Source: Auanema rhodensis (Eukaryota > Animalia > Nematoda). From it: 60,137 nt of DNA. Below, piece by piece: positions 45,201 to 59,300 of this stretch; position 1 is the first letter of the stretch, and every line of letters begins with the position of its first letter. The DNA is taken from NCBI GenBank assembly GCA_964057225.1, contig CAXKVF010000103.1:1-60137 (forward strand). The letters run 5' to 3'. A program made the position numbers and the translations under genes. Under the pieces are notes generated by a model. It had not been told where the DNA came from and made no database searches. It saw only the letters and a list, made by a program, of their open reading frames with translations.

Positions 45201-46420
45201 CACGTGAAGCGAGTTACATACCAAGTGCACATCACGTGTACATTTAATTAGCATAAATTAAAGTTCACGTAAATTTCAAAGTCATGGTTACCATGCACCA
45301 ATATCAATAAAAATTTGTTTTTAGACTAATATGGACATGGGGAATCTAATTTTGAAAACCGCATCTCGTTATCTTTCACGTGAAGCGAGTTACATACCAA
45401 GTGCACATCACGTGTACATTTAATTAGCATAAATTAAAGTTCACGTAAATTTCAAAGTCATGGTTACCATGCACCAATATCAATAAAAATTTGTTTTTAG
45501 ACTAATATGGACATGGGGAATCTAATTTTGAAAACCGCATCTCTTTATCTTTCACGTGAAGCGAGTTACATACCAAGTGCACATCACGTGTACATTTAAT
45601 TAGCATAAATTAAAGTTCACGTAAATTTCAAAGTCATGGTTACCATGCACCAATATCAATAAAAATTTGTTTTTAGACTAATATGGACATGGGGAATCTA
45701 ATTTTGAAAACCGCATCTCGTTATCTTTCACGTGAAGCGAGTTACATACCAAGTGCACATCACGTGTACATTTAATTAGCATAAATTAAAGTTCACGTAA
45801 ATTTCAAAGTCATGGTTACCATGCACCAATATCAATAAAAATTTGTTTTTAGACTAATATGGACATGGGGAATCTAATTTTGAAAACCGCATCTCTTTAT
45901 CTTTCACGTGAAGCGAGTTACATACCAAGTGCACATCACGTGTACATTTAATTAGCATAAATTAAAGTTCACGTAAATTTCAAAGTCATGGTTACCATGC
46001 ACCAATATCAATAAAAATTTGTTTTTAGACTAATATGGACATGGGGAATCTAATTTTGAAAACCGCATCTCTTTATCTTTCACGTGAAGCGAGTTACATA
46101 CCAAGTGCACATCACGTGTACATTTAATTAGCATAAATTAAAGTTCACGTAAATTTCAAAGTCATGGTTACCATGAACCAATATCAATAAAAATTTGTTT
46201 TTAGACTAATATGGACATGGAGAATCTAATTTTGAAAACCGCATCTCTTTATCTTTCACGTGAAGCGAGTTACATACCAAGTGCACATCACGTGTACATT
46301 TAATTAGCATAAATTAAAGTTCACGTAAATTTCAAAGTCATGGTTACCATGAACCAATATCAATAAAAATTTGTTTTTAGACTAATATGGACATGGGGAA
46401 TCTAATTTTGAAAACGGCAT
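36281..46420 (-). repeat. About 10-kb block paralogous to 13239 to about 24600 (direct duplication within the array)
   Basis: Same order of rare variants: rearranged monomer, GTGCCC (~15499/38541), ATAAGAA (15930/38975), GGAGTC (16663/39712), ATGAGG (17539/40588), TACGAAG (21821/43286), GGAGA (24403/46221), AACGGC (24598/46416). Confidence 0.9.
36627..36722 (-). repeat. Rearranged monomer (48-bp duplication, 53-bp deletion), third copy
   Basis: Identical to 13585-13680, offset 23042 bp. Confidence 0.95.
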
Positions 46421-47739
46421 CTCTTTATCTTTCACGTGAAGCGAGTTACATACCAAGTGCCCATCACGTGTACATTTAATTAGCATAAATTAAAGTTCAC
46501 GTAAATTTCAAAGTCATGGTTACCATGCACCAATATCAATAAAAATTTGTTTTTAGACTAATATGGACATGGGGAATCTAATTTTAAAAACCGCATCTCC
46601 TTATCTTTCACGTGAAGCGAGTTACATACCAAGTGCACATCACGTGTACATTTAATTAGCATAAATTAAAGTTCACGTAAATTTCAAAGTCATGGTTACC
46701 ATGCACCAATATCAATAAAAATTTGTTTTTAGACTAATATGGACATGGGGAATCTAATTTTGAAAACCGCATCTCTTCATCTTTCACGTGAAGCGAGTTA
46801 CATACCAAGTGCACATCACGTGTACATTTAATTAGCATAAATTAAAGTTCACGTAAATTTCAAAGTCATGGTTACCATGCACCAATATCAATAAAAATTT
46901 GTTTTTAGACTAATATGGACATGGGGAATCTAATTTTGAAAACCGCATCTCTTCATCTTTCACGTGAAGCGAGTTACATACCAAGTGCACATCACGTGTA
47001 CATTTAATTAGCATAAATTAAAGTTCACGTAAATTTCAAAGTCATGGTTACCATGCACCAATGTCAATAAAAATTTGTTTTTAGACTAATATGGACATGG
47101 GGAATCTAATTTTGAAAACCGCATCTCTTCATCTTTCACGTGAAGCGAGTTACATACCAAGTGCACATCACGTGTACATTTAATTAGCATAAATTAAAGT
47201 TCACGTAAATTTCAAAGTCATGGTTACCATGCACCAATATCAATAAAAATTTGTTTTTAGACTAATATGGACATGGGGAATCTAATTTTGAAAACCGCAT
47301 CTCTTCATCTTTCACGTGAAGCGAGTTACATACCAAGTGCACATCACGTGTACATTTAATTAGCATAAATTAAAGTTCACGTAAATTTCAAAGTCATGGT
47401 TACCATGCACCAATATCAATAAAAATTTGTTTTTAGACTAATATGGACATGGGGAATCTAATTTTGAAAACCGCATCTCTTTATCTTTCACGTGAAGCGA
47501 GTTACATACCAAGTGCACATCACGTGTACATTTAATTAGCATAAATTAAAGTTCACGTAAATTTCAAAGTCATGGTTACCATGCACCAATGTCAATAAAA
47601 ATTTGTTTTTAGACTAATATGGACATGGGGAATCTAATTTTGAAAACCGCATCTCTTCATCTTTCACGTGAAGCGAGTTACATACCAAGTGCACATCACG
47701 TGTACATTTAATTAGCATAAATTAAAGTTCACGTAAATT

Positions 47740-50700
47740 TCAAAGTCATGGTTACCATGCACCAATATCAATAAAAATTTGTTTTTAGACTAATATGGAC
47801 ATGGGGAATCTAATTTTGAAAACCGCATCTCTTCATCTTTCACGTGAAGCGAGTTACATACCAAGTGCACATCACGTGTACATTTAATTAGCATAAATTA
47901 AAGTTCACGTAAATTTCAAAGTCATGGTTACCATGCACCAATATCAATAAAAATTTGTTTTTAGACTAATATGGACATGGGGAATCTAATTTTGAAAACC
48001 GCATCTCTTTATCTTTCACGTGAAGCGAGTTACATACCAAGTGCACATCACGTGTACATTTAATTAGCATAAATTAAAGTTCACGTAAATTTCAAAGTCA
48101 TGGTTACCATGCACCAATGTCAATAAAAATTTGTTTTTAGACTAATATGGACATGGGGAATCTAATTTTGAAAACCGCATCTCTTCATCTTTCACGTGAA
48201 GCGAGTTACATACCAAGTGCACATCACGTGTACATTTAATTAGCATAAATTAAAGTTCACGTAAATTTCAAAGTCATGGTTACCATGCACCAATATCAAT
48301 AAAAATTTGTTTTTAGACTAATATGGACATGGGGAATCTAATTTTGAAAACCGCATCTCTTTATCTTTCACGTGAAGCGAGTTACATACCAAGTGCACAT
48401 CACGTGTACATTTAATTAGCATAAATTAAAGTTCACGTAAATTTCAAAGTCATGGTTACCATGCACCAATGTCAATAAAAATTTGTTTTTAGACTAATAT
48501 GGACATGGGGAATCTAATTTTGAAAACCGCATCTCTTCATCTTTCACGTGAAGCGAGTTACATACCAAGTGCACATCACGTGTACATTTAATTAGCATAA
48601 ATTAAAGTTCACGTAAATTTCAAAGTCATGGTTACCATGCACCAATATCAATAAAAATTTGTTTTTAGACTAATATGGACATGGGGAATCTAATTTTGAA
48701 AACCGCATCTCTTCATCTTTCACGTGAAGCGAGTTACATACCAAGTGCACATCACGTGTACATTTAATTAGCATAAATTAAAGTTCACGTAAATTTCAAA
48801 GTCATGGTTACCATGCACCAATATCAATAAAAATTTGTTTTTAGACTAATATGGACATGGGGAATCTAATTTTGAAAACCGCATCTCTTTATCTTTCACG
48901 TGAAGCGAGTTACATACCAAGTGCACATCACGTGTACATTTAATTAGCATAAATTAAAGTTCACGTAAATTTCAAAGTCATGGTTACCATGCACCAATGT
49001 CAATAAAAATTTGTTTTTAGACTAATATGGACATGGGGAATCTAATTTTGAAAACCGCATCTCTTCATCTTTCACGTGAAGCGAGTTACATACCAAGTGC
49101 ACATCACGTGTACATTTAATTAGCATAAATTAAAGTTCACGTAAATTTCAAAGTCATGGTTACCATGCACCAATATCAATAAAAATTTGTTTTTAGACTA
49201 ATATGGACATGGGGAATCTAATTTTGAAAACCGCATCTCTTTATCTTTCACGTGAAGCGAGTTACATACCAAGTGCACATCACGTGTACATTTAATTAGC
49301 ATAAATTAAAGTTCACGTAAATTTCAAAGTCATGGTTACCATGAACCAATATCAATAAAAATTTGTTTTTAGACTAATATGGACATGGGGAGTCTAATTT
49401 TGAAAACCGCATCTCTTTATCTTTCACGTGAAGCGAGTTACATACCAAGTGCACATCACGTGTACATTTAATTAGCATAAATTAAAGTTCACGTAACTTT
49501 CAAAGTCATGGTTACCATGCACCAATATCAATAAAAATTTGTTTTTAGACTAATATGGACATGGGGAATCTAATTTTGAAAACCGCATCTCTTCATCTTT
49601 CACGTGAAGCGAGTTACATACCAAGTGCACATCACGTGTACATTTAATTAGCATAAATTAAAGTTCACGTAAATTTCAAAGTCATGGTTACCATGCACCA
49701 ATATCAATAAAAATTTGTTTTTAGACTAATATGGACATGGGGAATCTAATTTTGAAAACCGCATCTCTTTATCTTTCACGTGAAGCGAGTTACATACCAA
49801 GTGCACATCACGTGTACATTTAATTAGCATAAATTAAAGTTCACGTAAATTTCAAAGTCATGGTTACCATGCACCAATGTCAATAAAAATTTGTTTTTAG
49901 ACTAATATGGACATGGGGAATCTAATTTTGAAAACCGCATCTCTTCATCTTTCACGTGAAGCGAGTTACATACCAAGTGCACATCACGTGTACATTTAAT
50001 TAGCATAAATTAAAGTTCACGTAAATTTCAAAGTCATGGTTACCATGCACCAATATCAATAAAAATTTGTTTTTAGACTAATATGGACATGGGGAATCTA
50101 ATTTTGAAAACCGCATCTCTTTATCTTTCACGTGAAGCGAGTTACATACCAAGTGCACATCACGTGTACATTTAATTAGCATAAATTAAAGTTCACGTAA
50201 ATTTCAAAGTCATGGTTACCATGCACCAATGTCAATAAAAATTTGTTTTTAGACTAATATGGACATGGGGAATCTAATTTTGAAAACCGCATCTCTTCAT
50301 CTTTCACGTGAAGCGAGTTACATACCAAGTGCACATCACGTGTACATTTAATTAGCATAAATTAAAGTTCACGTAAATTTCAAAGTCATGGTTACCATGC
50401 ACCAATATCAATAAAAATTTGTTTTTAGACTAATATGGACATGGGGAATCTAATTTTGAAAACCGCATCTCTTCATCTTTCACGTGAAGCGAGTTACATA
50501 CCAAGTGCACATCACGTGTACATTTAATTAGCATAAATTAAAGTTCACGTAAATTTCAAAGTCATGGTTACCATGCACCAATATCAATAAAAATTTGTTT
50601 TTAGACTAATATGGACATGGGGAATCTAATTTTGAAAACCGCATCTCTTTATCTTTCACGTGAAGCGAGTTACATACCAAGTGCACATCACGTGTACATT

Positions 50701-53300
50701 TAATTAGCATAAATTAAAGTTCACGTAAATTTCAAAGTCATGGTTACCATGCACCAATGTCAATAAAAATTTGTTTTTAGACTAATATGGACATGGGGAA
50801 TCTAATTTTGAAAACCGCATCTCTTCATCTTTCACGTGAAGCGAGTTACATACCAAGTGCACATCACGTGTACATTTAATTAGCATAAATTAAAGTTCAC
50901 GTAAATTTCAAAGTCATGGTTACCATGCACCAATATCAATAAAAATTTGTTTTTAGACTAATATGGACATGGGGAATCTAATTTTGAAAACCGCATCTCT
51001 TTATCTTTCACGTGAAGCGAGTTACATACCAAGTGCACATCACGTGTACATTTAATTAGCATAAATTAAAGTTCACGTAAATTTCAAAGTCATGGTTACC
51101 ATGAACCAATATCAATAAAAATTTGTTTTTAGACTAATATGGACATGGGGAGTCTAATTTTGAAAACCGCATCTCTTTATCTTTCACGTGAAGCGAGTTA
51201 CATACCAAGTGCACATCACGTGTACATTTAATTAGCATAAATTAAAGTTCACGTAACTTTCAAAGTCATGGTTACCATGCACCAATATCAATAAAAATTT
51301 GTTTTTAGACTAATATGGACATGGGGAATCTAATTTTGAAAACCGCATCTCTTTATCTTTCACGTGAAGCGAGTTACATACCAAGTGCACATCACGTGTA
51401 CATTTAATTAGCATAAATTAAAGTTCACGTAAATTTCAAAGTCATGGTTACCATGCACCAATATCAATAAAAATTTGTTTTTAGACTAATATGGACATGG
51501 GGAATCTAATTTTGAAAACCGCATCTCTTTATCTTTCACGTGAAGCGAGTTACATACCAAGTGCACATCACGTGTACATTTAATTAGCATAAATTAAAGT
51601 TCACGTAAATTTCAAAGTCATGGTTACCATGAACCAATATCAATAAAAATTTGTTTTTAGACTAATATGGACATGGGGAATCTAATTTTGAAAACCGCAT
51701 CTCTTTATCTTTCACGTGAAGCGAGTTACATACCAAGTGCACATCACGTGTACATTTAATTAGCATAAATTAAAGTTCACGCAAATTTCAAAGTCATGGT
51801 TACCATGCACCAATATCAATAAAAATTTGTTTTTAGACTAATATGGACATGGGGAATCTAATTTTGAAAACCGCATCTCTTTATCTTTCACGTGAAGCGA
51901 GTTACATACCAAGTGCACATCACGTGTACATTTAATTAGCATAAATTAAAGTTCACGTAAATTTCAAAGTCATGGTTACCATGCACCAATGTCAATAAAA
52001 ATTTGTTTTTAGACTAATATGGACATGGGGAATCTAATTTTGAAAACCGCATCTCTTCATCTTTCACGTGAAGCGAGTTACATACCAAGTGCACATCACG
52101 TGTACATTTAATTAGCATAAATTAAAGTTCACGTAAATTTCAAAGTCATGGTTACCATGCACCAATATCAATAAAAATTTGTTTTTAGACTAATATGGAC
52201 ATGGGGAATCTAATTTTGAAAACCGCATCTCTTTATCTTTCACGTGAAGCGAGTTACATACCAAGTGCACATCACGTGTACATTTAATTAGCATAAATTA
52301 AAGTTCACGTAAATTTCAAAGTCATGGTTACCATGAACCAATATCAATAAAAATTTGTTTTTAGACTAATATGGACATGGGGAGTCTAATTTTGAAAACC
52401 GCATCTCTTTATCTTTCACGTGAAGCGAGTTACATACCAAGTGCACATCACGTGTACATTTAATTAGCATAAATTAAAGTTCACGTAACTTTCAAAGTCA
52501 TGGTTACCATGCACCAATATCAATAAAAATTTGTTTTTAGACTAATATGGACATGGGGAATCTAATTTTGAAAACCGCATCTCTTTATCTTTCACGTGAA
52601 GCGAGTTACATACCAAGTGCACATCACGTGTACATTTAATTAGCATAAATTAAAGTTCACGTAAATTTCAAAGTCATGGTTACCATGCACCAATATCAAT
52701 AAAAATTTGTTTTTAGACTAATATGGACATGGGGAATCTAATTTTTTAAACCGCATCTCTTTATCTTTCACGTGAAGCGAGTTACATACCAAGTGCACAT
52801 CACGTGTACATTTAATTAGCATAAATTAAAGTTCACGTAAATTTCAAAGTCATGGTTACCATGAACCAATATCAATAAAAATTTGTTTTTAGACTAATAT
52901 GGACATGGGGAATCTAATTTTGAAAACCGCATCTCTTTATCTTTCACGTGAAGCGAGTTACATACCAAGTGCACATCACGTGTACATTTAATTAGCATAA
53001 ATTAAAGTTCACGCAAATTTCAAAGTCATGGTTACCATGCACCAATATCAATAAAAATTTGTTTTTAGACTAATATGGACATGGGGAATCTAATTTTGAA
53101 AACCGCATCTCTTTATCTTTCACGTGAAGCGAGTTACATACCAAGTGCACATCACGTGTACATTTAATTAGCATAAATTAAAGTTCACGTAAATTTCAAA
53201 GTCATGGTTACCATGCACCAATATCAATAAAAATTTGTTTTTAGACTAATATGGACATGGGGAATCTAATTTTGAAAACCGCATCTCTTTATCTTTCACG
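47740..53300 (-). repeat. 10-mer (1760-bp) and 7-mer (1232-bp) higher-order duplications
   Basis: The marker triplet ATGAACC/GGAGTC/GTAACTT lies at 49344/49392/49497, 51104/51152/51257 and 52336/52384/52489. ACGCAAA lies at 51782 and 53014. Confidence 0.85.
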
Positions 53301-56300
53301 TGAAGCGAGTTACATACCAAGTGCACATCACGTGTACATTTAATTAGCATAAATTAAAGTTCACGTAAATTTCAAAGTCATGGTTACCATGAACCAATAT
53401 CAATAAAAATTTGTTTTTAGACTAATATGGACATGGGGAATCTAATTTTGAAAACCGCATCTCTTTATCTTTCACGTGAAGCGAGTTACATACCAAGTGC
53501 ACATCACGTGTACATTTAATTAGCATAAATTAAAGTTCACGTAAATTTCAAAGTCATGGTTACCATGCACCAATATCAATAAAAATTTGTTTTTAAACTA
53601 ATATGGACATGGGGAATCTAATTTTGAAAACCGCATCTCTTTATCTTTCACGTGAAGCGAGTTACATACCAAGTGCACATCACGTGTACATTTAATTAGC
53701 ATAAATTAAAGTTCACGCAAATTTCAAAGTCATGGTTACCATGCACCAATATCAATAAAAATTTGTTTTTAGACTAATATGGACATGGGGAATCTAATTT
53801 TGAAAACCGCATCTCTTTATCTTTCACGTGAAGCGAGTTACATACCAAGTGCACATCACGTGTACATTTAATTAGCATAAATTAAAGTTCACGTAAATTT
53901 CAAAGTCATGGTTACCATGAACCAATATCAATAAAAATTTGTTTTTAGACTAATATGGACATGGGGAATCTAATTTTGAAAACCGCATCTCTTTATCTTT
54001 CACGTGAAGCGAGTTACATACCAAGTGCACATCACGTGTACATTTAATTAGCATAAATTAAAGTTCACGTAAATTTCAAAGTCATGGTTACCATGAACCA
54101 ATATCAATAAAAATTTGTTTTTAGACTAATATGGACATGGGGAATCTAATTTTGAAAACCGCATCTCTTTATCTTTCACGTGAAGCGAGTTACATACCAA
54201 GTGCACATCACGTGTACATTTAATTAGCATAAATTAAAGTTCACGTAAATTTCAAAGTCATGGTTACCATGCACCAATATCAATAAAAATTTGTTTTTAG
54301 ACTAATATGGACATGGGGAATCTAATTTTGAAAACCGCATCTCGTTATCTTTCACGTGAAGCGAGTTACATACCAAGTGCACATCACGTGTACATTTAAT
54401 TAGCATAAATTAAAGTTCACGTAAATTTCAAAGTCATGGTTACCATGCACCAATATCAATAAAAATTTGTTTTTAGACTAATATGGACATGGGGAATCTA
54501 ATTTTGAAAACCGCATCTCTTTATCTTTCACGTGAAGCGAGTTACATACCAAGTGCACATCACGTGTACATTTAATTAGCATAAATTAAAGTTCACGTAA
54601 ATTTCAAAGTCATGGTTACCATGCACCAATATCAATAAAAATTTGTTTTTAGACTAATATGGACATGGGGAATCTAATTTTGAAAACCGCATCTCTTTAT
54701 CTTTCACGTGAAGCGAGTTACATACCAAGTGCACATCACGTGTACATTTAATTAGCATAAATTAAAGTTCACGTAAATTTCAAAGTCATGGTTACCATGC
54801 ACCAATATCAATAAAAATTTGTTTTTAGACTAATATGGACATGGGGAATCTAATTTTGAAAACCGCATCTCTTTATCTTTCACGTGAAGCGAGTTACATA
54901 CCAAGTGCACATCACGTGTACATTTAATTAGCATAAATTAAAGTTCACGTAAATTTCAAAGTCATGGTTACCATGAACCAATATCAATAAAAATTTGTTT
55001 TTAGACTAATATGGACATGGGGAATCTAATTTTGAAAACCGCATCTCTTTATCTTTCACGTGAAGCGAGTTACATACCAAGTGCACATCACGTGTACATT
55101 TAATTAGCATAAATTAAAGTTCACGTAAATTTCAAAGTCATGGTTACCATGAACCAATATCAATAAAAATTTGTTTTTAGACTAATATGGACATGGGGAA
55201 TCTAATTTTGAAAACCGCATCTCTTTATCTTTCACGTGAAGCGAGTTACATACCAAGTGCACATCACGTGTACATTTAATTAGCATAAATTAAAGTTCAC
55301 GTAAATTTCAAAGTCATGGTTACCATGCACCAATATCAATAAAAATTTGTTTTTAAACTAATATGGACATGGGGAATCTAATTTTGAAAACCGCATCTCT
55401 TTATCTTTCACGTGAAGCGAGTTACATACCAAGTGCACATCACGTGTACATTTAATTAGCATAAATTAAAGTTCACGCAAATTTCAAAGTCATGGTTACC
55501 ATGCACCAATATCAATAAAAATTTGTTTTTAGACTAATATGGACATGGGGAATCTAATTTTGAAAACCGCATCTCTTTATCTTTCACGTGAAGCGAGTTA
55601 CATACCAAGTGCACATCACGTGTACATTTAATTAGCATAAATTAAAGTTCACGTAAATTTCAAAGTCATGGTTACCATGCACCAATATCAATAAAAATTT
55701 GTTTTTAAACTAATATGGACATGGGGAATCTAATTTTGAAAACCGCATCTCTTTATCTTTCACGTGAAGCGAGTTACATACCAAGTGCACATCACGTGTA
55801 CATTTAATTAGCATAAATTAAAGTTCACGCAAATTTCAAAGTCATGGTTACCATGCACCAATATCAATAAAAATTTGTTTTTAGACTAATATGGACATGG
55901 GGAATCTAATTTTGAAAACCGCATCTCTTTATCTTTCACGTGAAGCGAGTTACATACCAAGTGCACATCACGTGTACATTTAATTAGCATAAATTAAAGT
56001 TCACGTAAATTTCAAAGTCATGGTTACCATGAACCAATATCAATAAAAATTTGTTTTTAGACTAATATGGACATGGGGAATCTAATTTTGAAAACCGCAT
56101 CTCTTTATCTTTCACGTGAAGCGAGTTACATACCAAGTGCACATCACGTGTACATTTAATTAGCATAAATTAAAGTTCACGTAAATTTCAAAGTCATGGT
56201 TACCATGAACCAATATCAATAAAGATTTGTTTTTAGACTAATATGGACATGGGGAATCTAATTTTGAAAACCGTATCTCTTTATCTTTCACGTGAAGCGA

Positions 56301-59300
56301 GTTACATACCAAGTGCACATCACGTGTACATTTAATTAGCATAAATTAAAGTTCACGTAAATTTCAAAGTCATGGTTACCATGCACCAATATCAATAAAA
56401 ATTTGTTTTTAGACTAATATGGACATGGGGAATCTAATTTTGAAAACCGCATCTCTTTATCTTTCACGTGAAGCGAGTTACATACCAAGTGCACATCACG
56501 TGTACATTTAATTAGCATAAATTAAAGTTCACGTAAATTTCAAAGTCATGGTTACCATGAACCAATATCAATAAAAATTTGTTTTTAGACTAATATGGAC
56601 ATGGGGAATCTAATTTTGAAAACCGCATCTCTTTATCTTTCACGTGAAGCGAGTTACATACCAAGTGCACATCACGTGTACATTTAATTAGCATAAATTA
56701 AAGTTCACGTAAATTTCAAAGTCATGGTTACCATGAACCAATATCAATAAAAATTTGTTTTTAGACTAATATGGACATGGGGAATCTAATTTTGAAAACC
56801 GCATCTCTTTATCTTTCACGTGAAGCGAGTTACATACCAAGTGCACATCACGTGTACATTTAATTAGTATAAATTAAAGTTCACGTAAATTTCAAAGTCA
56901 TGGTTACCATGCACCAATATCAATAAAAATTTGTTTTTAGACTAATATGGACATGGGGAATCTAATTTTGAAAACCGCATCTCGTTATCTTTCACGTGAA
57001 GCGAGTTACATACCAAGTGCACATCACGTGTACATTTAATTAGCATAAATTAAAGTTCACGTAAATTTCAAAGTCATGGTTACCATGCACCAATATCAAT
57101 AAAAATTTGTTTTTAGACTAATATGGACATGGGGAATCTAATTTTGAAAACCGCATCTCTTTATCTTTCACGTGAAGCGAGTTACATACCAAGTGCACAT
57201 CACGTGTACATTTAATTAGCATAAATTAAAGTTCACGTAAATTTCAAAGTCATGGTTACCATGCACCAATATCAATAAAAATTTGTTTTTAGACTAATAT
57301 GGACATGGGGAATCTAATTTTGAAAACCGCATCTCGTTATCTTTCACGTGAAGCGAGTTACATACCAAGTGCACATCACGTGTACATTTAATTAGCATAA
57401 ATTAAAGTTCACGTAAATTTCAAAGTCATGGTTACCATGCACCAATATCAATAAAAATTTGTTTTTAGACTAATATGGACATGGGGAATCTAATTTTGAA
57501 AACCGCATCTCTTTATCTTTCACGTGAAGCGAGTTACATACCAAGTGCACATCACGTGTACATTTAATTAGCATAAATTAAAGTTCACGTAAATTTCAAA
57601 GTCATGGTTACCATGAACCAATATCAATAAAAATTTGTTTTTAGACTAATATGGACATGGGGAATCTAATTTTGAAAACCGCATCTCTTTATCTTTCACG
57701 TGAAGCGAGTTACATACCAAGTGCACATCACGTGTACATTTAATTAGCATAAATTAAAGTTCACGTAAATTTCAAAGTCATGGTTACCATGCACCAATAT
57801 CAATAAAAATTTGTTTTTAGACTAATATGGACATGGGGAATCTAATTTTGAAAACCGCATCTCTTTATCTTTCACGTGAAGCGAGTTACATACCAAGTGC
57901 ACATCACGTGTACATTTAATTAGCATAAATTAAAGTTCACGTAAATTTCAAAGTCATGGTTACCATGAACCAATATCAATAAAAATTTGTTTTTAGACTA
58001 ATATGGACATGGGGAATCTAATTTTGAAAACCGCATCTCTTTATCTTTCACGTGAAGCGAGTTACATACCAAGTGCACATCACGTGTACATTTAATTAGC
58101 TTAAATTAAAGTTCACGTAAATTTCAAAGTCATGGTTACCATGCACCAATATCAATAAAAATTTGTTTTTAGACTAATATGGACATGGGGAATCTAATTT
58201 TGAAAACCGCATCTCTTTATCTTTCACGTGAAGCGAGTTACATACCAAGTGCACATCACGTGTACATTTAATTAGCATAAATTAAAGTTCACGTAAATTT
58301 CAAAGTCATGGTTACCATGAACCAATATCAATAAAAATTTGTTTTTAGACTAATATGGACATGGGGAATCTAATTTTGAAAACCGCATCTCTTTATCTTT
58401 CACGTGAAGCGAGTTACATACCAAGTGCACATCACGTGTACATTTAATTAGCATAAATTAAAGTTCACGTAAATTTCAAAGTCATGGTTACCATGAACCA
58501 ATATCAATAAAAATTTGTTTTTAGACTAATATGGACATGGGGAATCTAATTTTGAAAACCGCATCTCTTTATCTTTCACGTGAAGCGAGTTACATACCAA
58601 GTGCACATCACGTGTACATTTAATTAGCATAAATTAAAGTTCACGTAAATTTCAAAGTCATGGTTACCATGCACCAATATCAATAAAAATTTGTTTTTAG
58701 ACTAATATGGATATGGGGAATCTAATTTTGAAAACCGCATCTCGTTATCTTTCACGTGAAGCGAGTTACATACCAAGTGCACATCACGTGTACATTTAAT
58801 TAGCATAAATTAAAGTTCACGTAAATTTCAAAGTCATGGTTACCATGCACCAATATCAATAAAAATTTGTTTTTAGACTAATATGGACATGGGGAATCTA
58901 ATTTTGAAAACCGCATCTCTTTATCTTTCACGTGAAGCGAGTTACATACCAAGTGCACATCACGTGTACATTTAATTAGCATAAATTAAAGTTCACGTAA
59001 ATTTCAAAGTCATGGTTACCATGCACCAATATCAATAAAAATTTGTTTTTAGACTAATATGGACATGGGGAATCTAATTTTGAAAACCGCATCTCTTTAT
59101 CTTTCACGTGAAGCGAGTTACATACCAAGTGCACATCACGTGTACATTTAATTAGCATAAATTAAAGTTCACGTAAATTTCAAAGTCATGGTTACCATGC
59201 ACCAATATCAATAAAAATTTGTTTTTAGACTAATATGGACATGGGGAATCTAATTTTGAAAACCGCATCTCTTTATCTTTCACGTGAAGCGAGTTACATA

